Shown one piece after another: positions 62,825-64,000 of a DNA stretch of 64,000 nt. Positions within the stretch are counted from its first letter, which is position 1. Each line of letters opens with the position of its first letter. Below the pieces are notes generated by a model. The model worked only from the letters and a program-made list of their open reading frames with translations, made no database searches and was not told the DNA's origin. Source of the stretch: an uncultured SAR86 cluster bacterium (lineage in GTDB: Bacteria; Pseudomonadota; Gammaproteobacteria; Magnimaribacterales; D2472); assembly GCA_902513515.1 (NCBI GenBank), contig CABXNE010000002.1:5023-69022 (forward strand), read 5' to 3'. The position numbers and the translations under genes are program-made.

Positions 62825-64000
62825 TTACAAAGGAAGATTTAAAGATTTTTTAGCTATCGTATTTTTTTGAATTTCTGTTGTTCCAGCTCCAATAGTATCT
62901 ACCAATGTACTTCGATATGACCATTCCCATTTTCCATTAGCATGTGAATCTTGACACTCCTTTCTAAAAAGACCTTCTCTACCCAATATATCCATTGCCT
63001 CATTAGCTAATTTCTGATGAAGTTTTGTACTGAATAGTTTAAAAACAGCTGCTTCTGTTTGAGGCACTTCATCTTGAATGGCAACAGATAGAACTTTTCT
63101 TTGGAGAACTTTGGCTTTTTGGACATCTGCATAAAGATATATAATTTTCTTGCGTATTTCAGGGATTTTATTCAATGGAGTTCCATCTCTTGATAATTGA
63201 CTGATAAGTTCAACCAGCTCTTTAAATTTTTGCTCTAAAGGTGCAATGGTATAGAAAGTAAATCTTTCGTAATTTAATGCTTCACAAATATATTTCCAAC
63301 CGTTATTAATATCTCCAATAACATATTCATCAGCAATGAAAACATCAGTTAAAAAAACACTATTTGTTGCATGCTCTCCAACAGTCTCAATTGGATGTAC
63401 TTCAATACCTGGATCATCCATTTTGACTAAAAACACACTTATTCCTTTATGCTTAGGGGCTTCTGGATCAGTTCTTGCGGCCAACCAATACCAATCTGCG
63501 ACATGAGCAGATGAAGTCCAAATTTTTTGACCATTAATCAACCAGCCTCCATATTTTTTTTCAGCTTTTAATTTTAAAGAGGCTAAATCTGACCCAGCAC
63601 TTGGTTCGCTATACCCTAATGCAAAATCAATTTCACCAGCTAAAATTTGAGGTAAAAATTCATCTTTTATTTTATTAGATCCATGATGAATTATTGTTTG
63701 TCCTATTGATCCAACACCTTTACCTGGAGAAGGCGCGCCAACTCTGCATAATTCTTCATTTAAAATATAATCATAAATTCCAGGCTTTTCTTGACCGCCA
63801 TATTCTTTTGGCCATGACATGCCTAGATACCCTTTTGATGAAAGTATTTTCATAAATTCTCTTCTAGCAGGGCTGTCTATTTTGGTTTGAGCATCTGCTT
63901 CTCTATTTGGAGCAAATACATCGTCTGCATTAGATTTCTTCTTTTCTTCTTTGATGAAGTCTTTAACTTCTTCAATAAACAATTCTTCTTCTTTAGTAAA
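62825..64000 (-). CDS. acyl-CoA dehydrogenase (5' end probably just beyond the window edge)
   Basis: ACAD pattern (GYSEPSAGSDLAS, QKIWTS, GAGTTEIQKN). The frame stays open to position 64000 (..FTKEEEELFIEEV), so the Met at 63982 may be internal. A Glu sits at the IVD/LCAD-type position (LNYER). Confidence 0.9.
   Translation of the reverse strand, partial: FTKEEELFIEEVKDFIKEEKKKSNADDVFAPNREADAQTKIDSPARREFMKILSSKGYLGMSWPKEYGGQEKPGIYDYILNEELCRVGAPSPGKGVGSIGQTIIHHGSNKIKDEFLPQILAGEIDFALGYSEPSAGSDLASLKLKAEKKYGGWLINGQKIWTSSAHVADWYWLAARTDPEAPKHKGISVFLVKMDDPGIEVHPIETVGEHATNSVFLTDVFIADEYVIGDINNGWKYICEALNYERFTFYTIAPLEQKFKELVELISQLSRDGTPLNKIPEIRKKIIYLYADVQKAKVLQRKVLSVAIQDEVPQTEAAVFKLFSTKLHQKLANEAMDILGREGLFRKECQDSHANGKWEWSYRSTLVDTIGAGTTEIQKNTIAKKSLNLPL

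Noticed and set aside
1-64000. Search by eye for rRNA, tRNA, CRISPR arrays, transposases/integrases, prophage or defence-system genes, and toxin-antitoxin pairs
   Set aside because: None found. All non-coding gaps are 269 bp or shorter and lack tRNA-like or repeat-spacer structure, and no ORF shows recombinase, nuclease-defence or TA-like signatures. This was not a computational scan, so small ncRNAs could have been missed.

Overview
The window is a visibly AT-rich (roughly one-third G+C by eye), very gene-dense bacterial chromosome segment. I call about 75 CDS. Most intergenic gaps are under 150 bp and many genes share start/stop overlaps. By eye I found no rRNA, tRNA, CRISPR array, transposase or integrase. 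The core-gene synteny is gammaproteobacterial: divergent rne/rluC, rpmF-fabD-fabG-acpP-fabF-mltG-tmk-holB, divergent metG/apbC-like, plus nhaB, dusA, mlaA, rnt, grxD and pdxJ. Composition and compaction suggest a streamlined marine lineage; SAR86-like is only a guess. Layout: (A) 1-4.0 kb holds a c-di-GMP/two-component signalling module (GGDEF fragment, CheY-like REC, 992-aa hybrid histidine kinase, TonB-C protein). (B) 4.1-14.5 kb is accessory: CBS protein, GPH/MFS transporter and a rubredoxin missing from the ORF track, then a Rieske oxygenase, amidohydrolase, SDRs, sulfotransferase, APH-like kinase and aldehyde dehydrogenase. (C) 14.66-22.17 kb is a tightly coupled coenzyme F420 operon (fno-cofE-cofD-cofC-fbiC), co-operonic with a DUF1295 steroid-5-alpha-reductase-like membrane protein and a secreted M20 amidohydrolase. 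(D) 22.7-27.4 kb carries steroid-ring-type enzymes (nitronate-monooxygenase-like, KstD-like flavoprotein, SDR, two NTF2/ketosteroid-isomerase-like proteins). (E) 27.4-53 kb is housekeeping core. (F) 53.9-64.0 kb is a side-chain beta-oxidation cluster resembling the mycobacterial igr/cholesterol side-chain set (acyl-CoA ligase, enoyl-CoA hydratase, SDR, two ACADs, Ltp-type thiolase-like protein plus stand-alone DUF35, P450, MaoC hotdog pair). The most notable points are: the F420 operon and its unexplained co-operonic genes inside a lipid/steroid-type catabolic neighbourhood; two genes (cofE, metG) whose conserved N-termini lie upstream of any canonical start codon; an ApbC/Mrp homologue with both cluster-ligating cysteines replaced by serine; a near-consensus Fur box; and a tandem pair of paralogous 3-TM proteins of unknown function. 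All functional calls rest on motif recognition in the supplied translations; no database search was run.
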